Source: Octopus sinensis
Taxonomy: Eukaryota
Reading direction: 5' to 3'
Assembly: GCF_006345805.1 (NCBI RefSeq)
Contig: NC_043009.1
Span: 54,622,001 to 54,686,000, forward strand
DNA: 64,000 bases
The notes below the pieces were generated by a model. It ran no database searches, was not told where the DNA came from, and saw only the letters and a list, made by a program, of their open reading frames with translations. The position numbers and the translations under genes were made by a program. Shown one piece after another: positions 38,485 through 49,545 of this stretch; position 1 is the stretch's first letter, and every line of letters starts with the position of its first letter.

Positions 38485-38748
38485 CGCTAAATTATTCCAG
38501 TGACGAGGAAGTGAAAACTGTAAGGAAGAAGTGGCTCAAATAGCAGTGAACAGAATTTTACAGGGGAGTTATACATGCTCTCATTCGAAAGTGGAACATT
38601 GCTACTGAGAGAAATGGTGACTACTTTGAGAAGTAGGGATGTGATCCACAGAGGACAAGCTTCACTTTGATGTATGATACATGTTCCTGTGTTGGTAATT
38701 ATACATGTCCTAAACAAAATGGCATTACTTTTTTGACTCACCCTCGTA
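38485..38748 (+). mobile_element. Mariner 3' fragment with right TIR
   Basis: SSDEEVKTVRKKWLK...IHALIRKWNIATERNGDYFEK*, then the TIR cattacttttttgactcaccctcgTA. Confidence 0.85.
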
Positions 38749-38892
38749 TTTCGGGACAAATACCGCAGTAATAGGCCTATCAGTGGTGTATATACATTTG
38801 ATATAACGCATAAATCACTATTTTCAAACATCGTGTTTCTAATGGGAGAAAAATCAGTCTGGGCTCAAACTAAGACAGAAACCTGTTACACA

Positions 38893-39304
38893 CAGGAGTG
38901 GCTGTGTGGTAAGTAGCTTGCTAATCAACCACATGGTTCCGGGTTCAGTCCCACTGCGTGGCATCTTGGGCAAGTGTCTTCTGCTATAGCCCCGGGCCGA
39001 CCAATGCCTTGTGAGTGGATTTCGTAGACGGAAACTGAAAGAAGCCTGTCGTATATATGTATATATATATATATGTATGTATGTGTGTGTGTTTGTGTGT
39101 CTGTGTTTGTCCCCTTTGCATTGCTTGACAACCGATGCTGGTGTGTTTACGTCTCCGTCACTTAGCGATTCGGCAAAAGCGACCGATAGAATAAGTACTG
39201 GGCTTACAAAGAATAAGTCCCGGGGTCGATTTGCTCGACTAAAGGCGGTGCTCCAGCATGGCCGCAGTCAAATGACTGAAACAAGTAAAAGAGAGTAAAG
39301 AGTA
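38893..39304 (+). mobile_element. SINE family A
   Basis: Near-consensus copy. Confidence 0.92.
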
Positions 39305-39510
39305 TTACATCATGACTTCGGGAAAGTAAAAGGAAATTTATTTACCAAATCTTCAAAATTTTTCGAAATGATGTTTTTACTCAATGAAAAATTTTTTTCA
39401 CAACTTCTGTGGATGCTACCCAGGAATATTTTCCCAGTATGTTTTATGTAAACTCTTAAATAGCTCATCTCCCCTTGAAGTTCATATTTTAAGCATATCA
39501 AAGATACATA

Positions 39511-39915
39511 GGCGCAGGAGTGGCTGTGTGGTAAGTAGCTTGTTTACCAATCACATGGTTCCGGGTTCAGTCCCACTGCGTGGCACTTTGGGCAAATGTC
39601 TTCTACTATAGCCTCGGGCCGACCAATGCCTTGTGAATGGATTTGGTAGACGGAAACTGAAAGAAGCCCGTCGTATATATATATATATATATATGTATGC
39701 GTATGTGTGTTTGTGTGTCTGTGTTTGTCCCCCTAGCATTGCTTGACAACCGATGCTGGTGTGTTTATGTCCCCGTCACTTAACGGTTCGGCAAAAGAGA
39801 CCGATAGAATAAGTACTGGGCTTACAAAAGAATAAGTCCCGGGGTCGAGTTGCTCGATTAAAGGCGGTGCTCCAGCATGGCCGCAGTCAAATGACTGAAA
39901 CAAGTAAAAGAGTAA
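39511..39915 (+). mobile_element. SINE family A
   Basis: Near-consensus copy. Confidence 0.92.
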
Positions 39916-40161
39916 ATGAGAAATGAGTATATCTTCATCCATTTTTGTCTTATGAGACGGATTTTTTTCAAGCTGAGCCGACCGGCAGGGGATCAAGGGA
40001 TCGACCAAGAAATAAATGGTTGGATAATATCCAGTCTTAACTGGTCTCGCTTGGGAATCCGACCAGAAAGTCGAATGACGGTTGCTTCTAAATAGGACCT
40101 TATGGAAGAATGCCCAAGGACTCTACTCCACAATCTCCCGGAATAGTGGGTGAAGATCAAT

Positions 40162-40215
<54 letters not shown>

Positions 40216-40311
40216 ACTACATATATCACTATTAAACAAGGTGCAGCGCGTTCAGCCTCAGAATTCCAGGATTCAATTACATATAATATCATGAGAGCAG
40301 GATAATTTCTT

Positions 40312-40722
40312 ATTTCTTTATTGCCCACAAGGGGCTAAACAGAGAGGGGGACAAACAAGGACAGACAAACGGATAAAGCCGATTAGATCGACCCCAGTGC
40401 GTAACTGGTACTTAATTTATCGACCCCGAAAGGATGAAAGGCAAAGTCGACCTCGGCGGAATTTGAACTCAGAACGCAGCGGCAGACGAAATACCTATTT
40501 CTTTATTACCCGCAAGGGGCTAAACATAGAGGGGACAAACAAGGACAGACATAGGTATTAAGTCAATTACATCGACCCCAGTGCATAACTGATACTTATT
40601 TAATCGACCCCGAAAGGTTGAAAGGCAAAGTCGACCTCGGCGGAATTTGAACTCAGAACGTAACGGCAGACGAAATACCACTAAGCATTTCGCCCGGCGT
40701 GCTAACGTTTCGGCCAGCTCGC
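40312..40722 (-). mobile_element. Dimeric SINE family B
   Basis: Two body/tail units with the junction aaagaaata|ggtatttcgtctgcc. Confidence 0.9.
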
Positions 40723-41101
40723 AGGATTTTATGTGTGTGCATGTTATTTACCTCTAATGATGGAGGTAATTTTAAGACATATTCCATTTCTGGTGAGTGT
40801 AATAAATGATATTCAGAAACAATATCGTATGCATTTTGTTTTCTTCTTCTTCTTTAATAACTTGGCAACTCTGAATTCGTTTTTAAGTTCTACAATAATA
40901 TAGAGGTGCCAACTTTAAGAAGTAGTTTTGCGATAACTAACAATGTATTCAATGTTACAATTTTCAAAAAAAAAACAAATCGAAAATCAATTATACATCC
41001 CGTCCTACAATGTGTGTGTGTGTGTGTGTGTGTATGTGTGTGTGTGTGTGTGTGTGCACGCGCGCGAAGTTTTTTCGACAATATAAATCTAACATGTATA
41101 T

Positions 41102-41158
<57 letters not shown>

Positions 41159-41165
41159 TACACAC

Positions 41166-41257
<92 letters not shown>

Positions 41258-41321
41258 CATATATATCATTCGCCATGATAGATCGCTAACCACTACACAT
41301 TCTTTATTTTCTCTCCTTGTT

Positions 41322-41359
41322 TCTTTCTGTGGAAGAGCGTAGGCTCGAAACGTTAAAGA
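41322..41359 (+). ncRNA. Minimal type-I hammerhead-ribozyme-like motif (A6-to-U variant) in a probable Penelope terminal repeat
   Basis: Stem I tcttt/aaaga; core CTGTGGA plus an extra A; stem II gagc-gtag-gctc; GAAA; palindromic aacgtt stem III with a GUU cleavage triplet. Confidence 0.55.
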
Positions 41360-41453
41360 CATTTTCACTTCCCGAGCGTTATACTAATACATCTGTTTGT
41401 TTTCTACACCACCTGTCTTCGTCTTTTGTCTTTTTTTTGTGAATTCTCCCTAT

Positions 41454-41541
<88 letters not shown>

Positions 41542-41779
41542 ATATATATTTAAAATAGTATCCATATTCGTTTATATATTTTTTTACATGTGTACACAGG
41601 TAAAACACTCTCTTATGTGTCCATATTTGTTTACAGGCGTACTAGGTTTCGTCCATACACAGGTGTTTCCGTTTGTTTCCATGCGTAGAAAGGTATAACA
41701 AAGATGGGCCTAGCAGTAGAGTGAGAACTTCATTTGATCGTATTTATCAACGTAATTCGACTAGTGATGATTGTCGATA

Positions 41780-42050
41780 TTCCAATAAGTGAATTTCTTT
41801 TCCTGGCGGTACTTAGAGATTATTTCCATCTTGTAATTAAAATGTCTGTTTTGGTGAGGTTGAAGTATCTTCATTAGTTTTTATGAGGTATCATCAAAAG
41901 ACCAGAGAAATTTTAACGTAGGTGTGCTTGTGGCTGCAACGCAATGAAGACCGGTGATATTGAAGTTTTCAAAGTTATGATCTTTTTACATTCTATATGA
42001 GATTTGATTATTATATGACTTGATTATGTTGTAGAAAAATTGCGAGTGAG
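41780..42050 (-). pseudogene. Possible decayed Penelope-type endonuclease C-terminus
   Basis: MEIISKYRQEKKF resembles the RSELISKCRH.NKF motif at PLE ORF ends; heavily degenerate. Confidence 0.3.
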
Positions 42051-43566
42051 AAAGATAATAAAGTAAAGCTGTGAAATGAACGCGTTGTTGTGAGGAAAAA
42101 ATGGGTAGGCTGGCAAGAAATTACACGAGTTAAGTGCGAGCTATACAATAGGCGAAGAAGTAAAATTTGAAGGAATGATGATTGTGTTTGTGGTAAGAAC
42201 TACATCAGCTGAAACAGGAATGACGTGTGAAATGCAAGAGAGGACTATTGCAAGTGAGGACGAAAGGACACAAACACAGTAATAGAGACTCATACACAAA
42301 AAAGACGGCAGAAATTAGTAAGAAAAACTTAATGGTAGAAGCTATATATATATAGAGAGAGAGAACTAAAATCAGTAAGAAGTGGTGAGAATGCAAAGAA
42401 TATAGAGGCTGTAAAGAATGTAAAGCATTAAAACTTTGTAAGGAGATATCAGAATTATAAAGAAGAATATCCAGAGAATGGTTGAGCAAAATCTGTAACA
42501 ACAGATGGCGATTGGAAGCGGGAACAGAATCGTTAATTAATAGAACAGCATAATGGAAATAATTGGTTAATAGAACACGCATAACTATAGATATAAAATC
42601 TTTGGATGTACAAAGGATGTACAATCATGATTAGCGTGTGCACCAAATTGCACACAACATATACAACCAAACTATACACATACACACACGTGTTGACACA
42701 TAAATACATTGCAATGCAAGCAAATGCACGCCATATGATGACAAAACCAGAAGATGAGAAAAACAAAGTCAAGATTTGGAGTGTGTATTAATGCCGTGTG
42801 GGGAAAAGATGCGAGGTAAAAAGTAAGGTACTGCTCTGAGTGTTTGCAGATTTCGTTGATCCAAAGCGTTTGAAAGCACCATAAACTGAGAGATATCGGA
42901 GGAGTAATTTGGTAAGTTAACGTTTCAGGTTACGGAATTGAATACACCAAATTACTTATGGAATTAGTATTTCAGATAAGGACCTCTGTTTTGCCGAAAT
43001 GTAGTGCACCACAGAGCTTGCAAGTTAAGTGGTGTATTAGTTCAGAGAAAGTACCAAATGGTTCACCCCACTGAAACTAAACTGGTAGAAGTCGTACAGG
43101 AGATGAAGAACGAGGTCATCTAGATGGGAAAGAAAAGGAAGTGTCAGGCTGGTTGCGCCCAGATCATATAGATTTTTATACCTTTTGAGAAATAGAAGTA
43201 GGGGCTCGAAAACGATAGGGGTGATTACTGGGTTCGGTAGCAGTAAGTTTAAATTGCAAAGTACGGTCTACTGGAATGATTAAATCTCAGTTATAAGACG
43301 TTTTGGCGCCGTTTATTTGGCATCGCTGTTTCGATGCTCACTTATTTGACATTAGACGTTTTATTGTTTCTTTCTTCTCTCTCTCTCTCTCTCCTTTCTT
43401 TCCCTCTCACACTTTCTCTCTGGATGTGTATCTTTCTTTGTACATGCGTGTGTGTATGTGTGTGTGTGTGTACCCACCTCCCAAATTTCTTTCTCAGAAT
43501 GTCTACCCTCTCGAATTCTCGACATGCAAGTGATTTGCCCTACTATCGTCAAACTGTAGTATTTCA

Positions 43567-43616
<50 letters not shown>

Positions 43617-44081
43617 TGTGTGTGTTTGTGTGTGCTTGTACATGCGTGTGTGTGTGTGTGCATGTGTGTTTGCCTCCAGTAACGAAAATTATAGTCACTG
43701 AAACCGCTTGAATGTCCGTCCGGACAGATGTGCCTCATAGTCAGCGCCTCCAAACAGCGGTACGATAATTGTATCCTTCTGTTAAGCTGTAACGTAGAAA
43801 AAAAAATTAAGAACACCTGGACCCTAGGCGGGAACGAGAGCGCGGCAATAGCGCAGGAGATTGATTCATTAAGAGGAAAAACAAAATATTTGCTTCGATT
43901 TCGAAATAAATCCACGGTGTTTCCAATAACGTTTTAGTTGGCATCTATCGTTGGCTGGATGTGAGACGGATTTTTGCCACTATGTAAGAGTTACTTAACG
44001 ATATAGAAGTCTACAAGGTAACTTAAAACTTTTATAAGTTCACTAATAATTGTGTTGTTTTTACTTTTTGTATAAGATATA

Positions 44082-44486
44082 GGCGCAGGAGTGGCTGTGT
44101 GGTAAGTAGCTTGCTAACCAGCCACATGGTTCCGGGTTCAGTCCCACTGCGTGGCATCTTGGGCAGGTGTCTTCTGCTATAGCCCCGGGCCGACCAATGC
44201 CTTGTGAGTGGATTTGGTAGACGGAAACTGAAAGAAGCCTGTCGTATATATGTATATATATGTATGTGTGTGTGTGTTTGTGTGTCTGTGTTTGTCCCCC
44301 TTGCATTGCTTGACAACCGATGCTGGTGTGTTTACGTCTCCGTCACTTAGCGGTTCGGCAAAAGAGACCGATAGAATAAGTACTGGGCTTACAAAGAATA
44401 AGTCCCGGGGTCGATTTGCTCGACTAAAGGCGGTGCTCCAGCATGGCCGCAGTCAAATGACTGAAACAAGTAAAAGATTAAAGGAG
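44082..44486 (+). mobile_element. SINE family A
   Basis: Near-consensus copy; taagata repeat on both flanks. Confidence 0.92.
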
Positions 44487-44610
44487 TAAGATAGTCCTCT
44501 CACTTATCTGACATGTCAAGAATGTAAAAAGATTATTAAATCCGATGTCTTTGTATTGGCCCAAGAGTTGGCGCTTTCGTTATTCCTATAACTTCTCACA
44601 ACCAATGTAC

Positions 44611-44797
44611 CAGTGCTCTGCAACCGGCATGCCCCAGCACACTGGTGTGCCACGAGACGATGCTAGGTGTGCCGCTGTATAACCTGGATATAATTTTTAC
44701 CTCTATATTTTTAGTTATAGTTTTAGTTCAGGTGTGCCACCGAATTTTGAAAGGAATATAAGTGTACCACAAATGAAAAAAAGGTCGCGGAGCGCTG
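44611..44797. mobile_element. hAT-like MITE
   Basis: TIRs cagtgctctgcaacc / ggtcgcggagcgctg (12 of 15). No clean 8-bp TSD. Confidence 0.65.
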
Positions 44798-44896
44798 ATG
44801 TATATCAACAAATAACAACAGATACATTGGTTGTAAGAGATGATAGGAATAACGAAGGCTCCAACTCTAGAGTCAATTTGAAGACAAATAAATTAT

Positions 44897-45072
44897 AACA
44901 ATTGCAGCGTGGAAGGTGTTTGTAAGCCATTTAAGAAACACACAAAAGCCGTTCGATTCACTTCAAAATTTAAGTTTAATTTGAGGAAAATATTTTGACA
45001 AATTAAACTTAAATGTTGGGCTTTTGTGTGTTTCTTAAATGGCTTACAAACACCTTCCACGCTGCAATTGTT
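44897..45072. repeat. Fold-back palindrome with perfect 54-bp outer arms
   Basis: 44897-44950 is the reverse complement of 45019-45072. There is an inner atttaagtttaatttg/caaattaaacttaaat stem and an aaaatatttt centre. Confidence 0.92.
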
Positions 45073-46122
45073 TTCGTTCCAGCACACGATCTCAGATCAA
45101 ATCACTTGCTATGCAAGTACATCTCCGTAAATTAATAGTTTATAAATTATTATATGGCGCAGGGGAGATTACTCATATATTGTTAAGAAGTTTAATAAGA
45201 GTTACCTAACTTGAATCTCTATGCGAGTTAAAGTGAGATAAATTAATGATTAGAACGACCGTTTGAAAAGTTCTGTTATATTTAAGTACATTACTTTACA
45301 TCTTGAGTTCAAATACAGGCTATATCGACTTTACCTTTCATCTGCTATGGTCGATAAAAAAAAATATGTATCAAATTCTGTGGTCGATATAATAAAACGC
45401 CAATCAAGTACTGTTGGTGTATAATTGATTACACCACAACTAAATGCGTCGTCTTGAGCCTATTATAATTTGTTTAAAATTTTGGCACAATGCCAGCAAT
45501 TTCGGAGGAGGGGTCGAGTCGATTACATCGACCCGTGCTCGACTAGCACTTAAATTACTGACCTTGAAAGAATGAAAGGAAAAATCGACCTCGACGGAAT
45601 TTGAACTCAGAACTTAAGGGCGGGCGAAATAACACTAAGCAATTCGCCCGGCTTGCTAACGATTCTGCAAGTTCACCGCCTTTCTTGTGCCGCAGTACGG
45701 ATGAAAGGCATAGTCGACCTCGGCGGAATTTGAACTCAGAACGTAGCGGTAGACGAAATACTGCTAAGCATTTCGCCCGGCGTGCTAACGTTTCTTATTT
45801 CTTTATTGCCCACAAGCTAGGGCCGACTTCACCGCACGTGGATCAGCCCCTTCCTTCGCATAATTCGGTAATTTTTAAATTATGTAATACAGTTCAAATC
45901 CCACCCCCGTTAGGGGGAGGGGCACAAAAATAGTCTAAAAGACTATTACAATTCAAAAATGTTATTCACACACGAAGAAAAAAGCCACAATGGCCAAAGT
46001 TCAGTATTTTTGCGAAAGTGTTAAATTATTGAATTATTCCCAGGTAAGACCGGGGAATAAAACAGTTCAAAAACGTTCGAATGTAACTCCTTGTTTCAAA
46101 GGTAACAAATCCAAAATGTAAT

Positions 46123-46519
46123 TACTCTTTTACTTGTTTCACTCAGTTGACTGCGGCCACGCTGGAGCACCGCCTTTTTAATTGAGCAACTCGACCCCGG
46201 GACTTATTCTTTTTGTAAGCCCAGTACTTATTCTATCGGTCTCTTTTGCCGAACCGCTAAGTAACGAGGACATAAACACACCAGCATTGGTTGTCAAGCA
46301 ATGCTAGGGGGACAAACAGACACACAAACACACATACATATATATATACATATATACGACAGGCTTCTTTCAGTTTCCGTCTACCAAATCAACTCACAAG
46401 GCATTGGTCGGCCCAGGGCTATAGCAGAAGACACTTGCCCAAGATGCCATGCAGTGGGACTGAACCCGAAACCATGTGGTTGATTAGCAAGCTACTTACC
46501 ACACAGCCACTCCTGCGCC
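46123..46519 (-). mobile_element. SINE family A
   Basis: Full length; atgtaat flanking repeat. Confidence 0.92.
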
Positions 46520-46799
46520 TATGTAATATCAACAAAACAGCAACAATGAAGCAGTAACAACAGCAAAAATTCTTACCACGAGGAAAGACAAGTGTTGACT
46601 CTTGTAAGGTAAGCAAGCTACTTTATTTTATTAAATTTGCCACAAGGGCAGCACACAGGGAGTAGCTTGCGGGCTGGACACAGACAGTAATGGGATGAAT
46701 GATAATGATACAAGGATGATAAGGATGGGAGAAAAGAAAAGTGCCCGCCGACTTTCGCTTCTCTAAAACATTGTTCCTTTTTCTTTTCAAATCACATAA

Positions 46800-47187
46800 T
46801 CTCTCTATATATAAACGGCAGTTTGTCTGTGTGTGTTTCTGTGTGTCTGTTTGGTTGTACCCTCACCCTGACCACGGCTTTCAACCAATTCTGATGAAAC
46901 TTGACACACACATAGCCCAATGTCATAATTCAAAACTAACGCAGCGAAAATTTTGAAAAGTTCCCCCAGTTCTGAAAAAGATCAATAAATTCGACATGGG
47001 GTCGACAATCAGAAACACAAACCACAGATGGTCTAGGGGACGCAACTCGACCTTTTTAACTATCAAAAAAAAAATTTACAATCATTTTTTTTCCCATTTT
47101 TTTTGCTATTTTTTGGCTATAACTCTCTAAAAATGCTTTATAGTTATTTCCCTTACAAACCCGAGCAACGCCGGGCGATACTGCTAG
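46800..47187 (+). mobile_element. Non-autonomous Helitron
   Basis: 5' TC start inserted between A and T; 3' GC hairpin cccgagcaacgccggg followed by CTAG|T; no TSD. Confidence 0.8.
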
Positions 47188-47287
47188 TAAGGCTATAAAA
47201 CTCTTACACAGTTCAGTAAATAGACACACACGAGGCAATAATCGTCTTACTTTTTATATAAAAAAAAAACCAGTCTTTTTGAGGTGT

Positions 47288-47671
47288 GGAAGCACTCCGT
47301 CGGTTCCGACGATGAGGGTTCCGGTTGATCCGATCAACGGAACAGCCTGCTCGTGAAATTAATGTGTAAGTGGCTGAGCACTCCACAGACACGTGTACCC
47401 TTAACGTAGTTCTCGGGGATATTCAGCGTGACACAGAGAGTGACAAGGCCGGCCCTTTGAAATACAGGTACAACAGAAACAGGAAGTAAGAGAGAGAGTG
47501 AGTTGTGGTGAAAGAGTGCAGCAAGGATCACCACCATCCCCTGCCGGAGCCTCGTTGAGCTTTTAGGTGTTTTCGCTCAATAAACACTCACAACGCCCGG
47601 TCTGGGAATCGAAACCGCGATCCTACGACCGCGAGTCCGCTGCCCTAACCACTGGGCCATTGCGCCTCCAC
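47288..47671 (-). mobile_element. SINE family C (long head)
   Basis: Clear A box tggcccagtggtta and B box gtttcgattccc; body shared with 1966-2280. Confidence 0.92.
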
Positions 47672-47689
47672 CTTTTTGAAGTAATACAA

Positions 47690-48480
47690 CTCTTACAAAA
47701 ATGTTCGGCAATTCCAACTCTTCTGTCCGACCAGGCTCATCGCTTCATTGAAGCACCTGGTCAGTTTCAAACTTGAACATTTCATGCACAGATCGGTCTC
47801 CCACATGACCTCCGCAGCCACCTTGCGAAGGCCACTCAGGGTCTTCCGTGCAGGACAGAAGCCCCTCCCACCGGCCCTTCCTTTCAATTTTGCCAATTAC
47901 ACTCTGCAATGTCCCTCCCTTGTGAAAGAGGACCACAAATTCCTCCTCCAGCGGCACACCCGCCGAAGGAGCATCGGGACACGCCGGCAGCGTGTCACAA
48001 ACCGCTGGAGGGTGGTGTTCCTCTGCTGTGTCCAGCAGGTCCTCCCTTCCTCCCGCAGCCCTCGGGTCCTTCGGTGGGTTGCCAGCCTTTCGCTTTCGTT
48101 TTTTCGAGGTTTCCACCTCCCGACATCCTCCTCCTTCTCTCCCTCCAATGAGGGAGCAGGAAGTGATGCCTCAATTAACTGCTCCAAGACCCTATTTTGG
48201 TCATTGGGGCAGTTTTTGATGTGGCCGGTTTCTAGGCACAGGTGACATTTGGGGGGGGGCGTCCCTCGAGCATCACCGGATACCTAGACCCGGCCATCCT
48301 CAAAAAATCTGGGAAAACCAGACTTTCAGCTGATTGGGTCCATAGAGTCAAAACAGCTTTTGCCCCCTCCCAATCAGCCGCTGGTAGCATTTTTACATTG
48401 AGCAACTTGGCACTGCTACCACCCAGACCCCGTCGGATAGAATCCTTTATCCACTCAGGCTCAATTCCAGGTGGCAAACC
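47690..48480 (-). pseudogene. Gag-like LINE ORF1 remnant with zinc knuckle
   Basis: GLPPGIEPEWIKDSI...VMLEGRPP then, after a G-run frameshift, KCHLCLETGHIKNCP (CCHC-like), followed by a basic KKRKRK stretch. GC-rich relative to the flanks. Confidence 0.6.
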
Positions 48481-48661
48481 GCAGAAGTGGGTAGAATTCT
48501 TCACATATGATGTTGACTTACCTGCTACTGGAATGATTATATCCACAAGGAAGTGGCTCAGTGGATGACATGCCAAACCCCTACTGCTCATTATGGGTCT
48601 TAATGGAATACCATCCTTGTGAATCTTAGGGAAACCGTACATGACAATCTTAGGGAGACTG
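48480..48661 (-). pseudogene. Penelope RT N-terminal fragment
   Basis: MYGFPKIHKDGIPLRPIMSSRG...SYVKNSTHF matches the PLE YGLPKIHK...PLRPIVS motif. Confidence 0.88.
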
Positions 48662-48910
48662 TAATTGCCCACAGGAATATAGCGTAATGGTTAAGAGCGC
48701 AGGCTACTAAACCCAAGATTTCAAGTTCAATACCAGGCAGTGCCTTGAATAAATAATAATAGAAACATCAGCAAAAAATACCTTAGGAGTAAGAACCCAG
48801 GGTTGGGTTCAAAATTCCATTAGGACACCTGATCAAGGCTGGAGAGTAAATCAGCTAAAATGTTAAGGTAACAACAAAGATGAGGACATATATCCATCCA
48901 ATATAAATGT
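48662..48910 (+). mobile_element. tRNA-like head + AAT tail + decayed hammerhead-like module, copy 2
   Basis: A box tagcgtaatgg 48680-48690, B box gttcaatac 48725-48733, aataaataataat, then gacac-CTGATCA-a-ggctg...cagct-AAAA. Colinear with the reverse complement of 37235-37459. Confidence 0.7.
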
Positions 48911-49164
48911 ACAAAATTCCTCATCTCTAAAATATAGAACAGTAAAAACAGATTTGTTATAGTTGGACTTGTTTTCAATATTTTATTATTAGCAACAACT
49001 ATTGTCTAGCCAACTTATGCTTATCTGGCTCTTCAGCAGATAATACTCAGTCTCTTATCCATAGCAGGGTCACATTAGACATAGGGTAATTTTTTGATAT
49101 ATTTAAAACTGAAAAAAGAAGCACATTTTATATGCTAGCAAATATGGGTTTTTTTTTTTTTCTT

Positions 49165-49315
49165 CAGAAAATACTTTACCACAGCTTCTCTCTTGCGTTA
49201 GTGCACTTGAAATTCATTTATTTCTTTGAGAGAACCTTTTATCATGGATATTAGTGACATAGCTACTCTTTTGTATTAGTGCATGTGTGAGTAATTGGGG
49301 TATTTCTATGAGAGA
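49165..49315 (-). pseudogene. Decayed zinc-finger repeats downstream of the ZNF stop
   Basis: Minus strand reads SHRNTPITHTCTNTKE, DKRFSQRNK and CGKVFS, all degenerate C2H2 units. Confidence 0.6.
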
Positions 49316-49533
49316 TGCCAGCGCCGCCTCGACTGGCTTCCGTGCCGGTGGCACGTAAAAAGCACCCACTACACTCACGGAGTGGTTGGCGTTAGGAAGG
49401 GCATCCAGCTGTAGAAACATTGCCAGATAAGACTGGAGCCTGGTGCAGCCTTCTGGCTTCCCAGATCCCCGGTCGAACCGTCCAACCCATGCTAGCATGG
49501 AGAACAGACGTTAAACGATGATGATGATGATTA
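49316..49533 (+). mobile_element. 5'-truncated SINE with (GAT)n tail
   Basis: gtggcacgtaaaaagcacc...ttggcgttaggaagggcatccagctgta...gacgttaaacgatgatgatg. Confidence 0.75.
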
Positions 49534-49545
49534 CAGATATGGTTT

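Noticed and set aside
42200-43290. Purine-skewed stretch and ORF 42205..42624, possibly LINE endonuclease debris
   Set aside because: No diagnostic catalytic motif and no splice signals forming a gene model.
1020-44489. Dozens of ORF-track entries rich in YVCM, HTHT, IYLS, poly-I or poly-S, or SINE-derived peptides (e.g. ASFSFRLPNP, GELAETLA)
   Set aside because: They are translations of microsatellites and SINE copies; they recur identically wherever the repeat occurs.
47590-47671. tRNA-like sequences with A/B boxes (also 1966, 17877, 28772, 37381, 48662)
   Set aside because: They run directly into SINE bodies or tails and lack a properly paired acceptor stem, so they are not called as tRNA genes.
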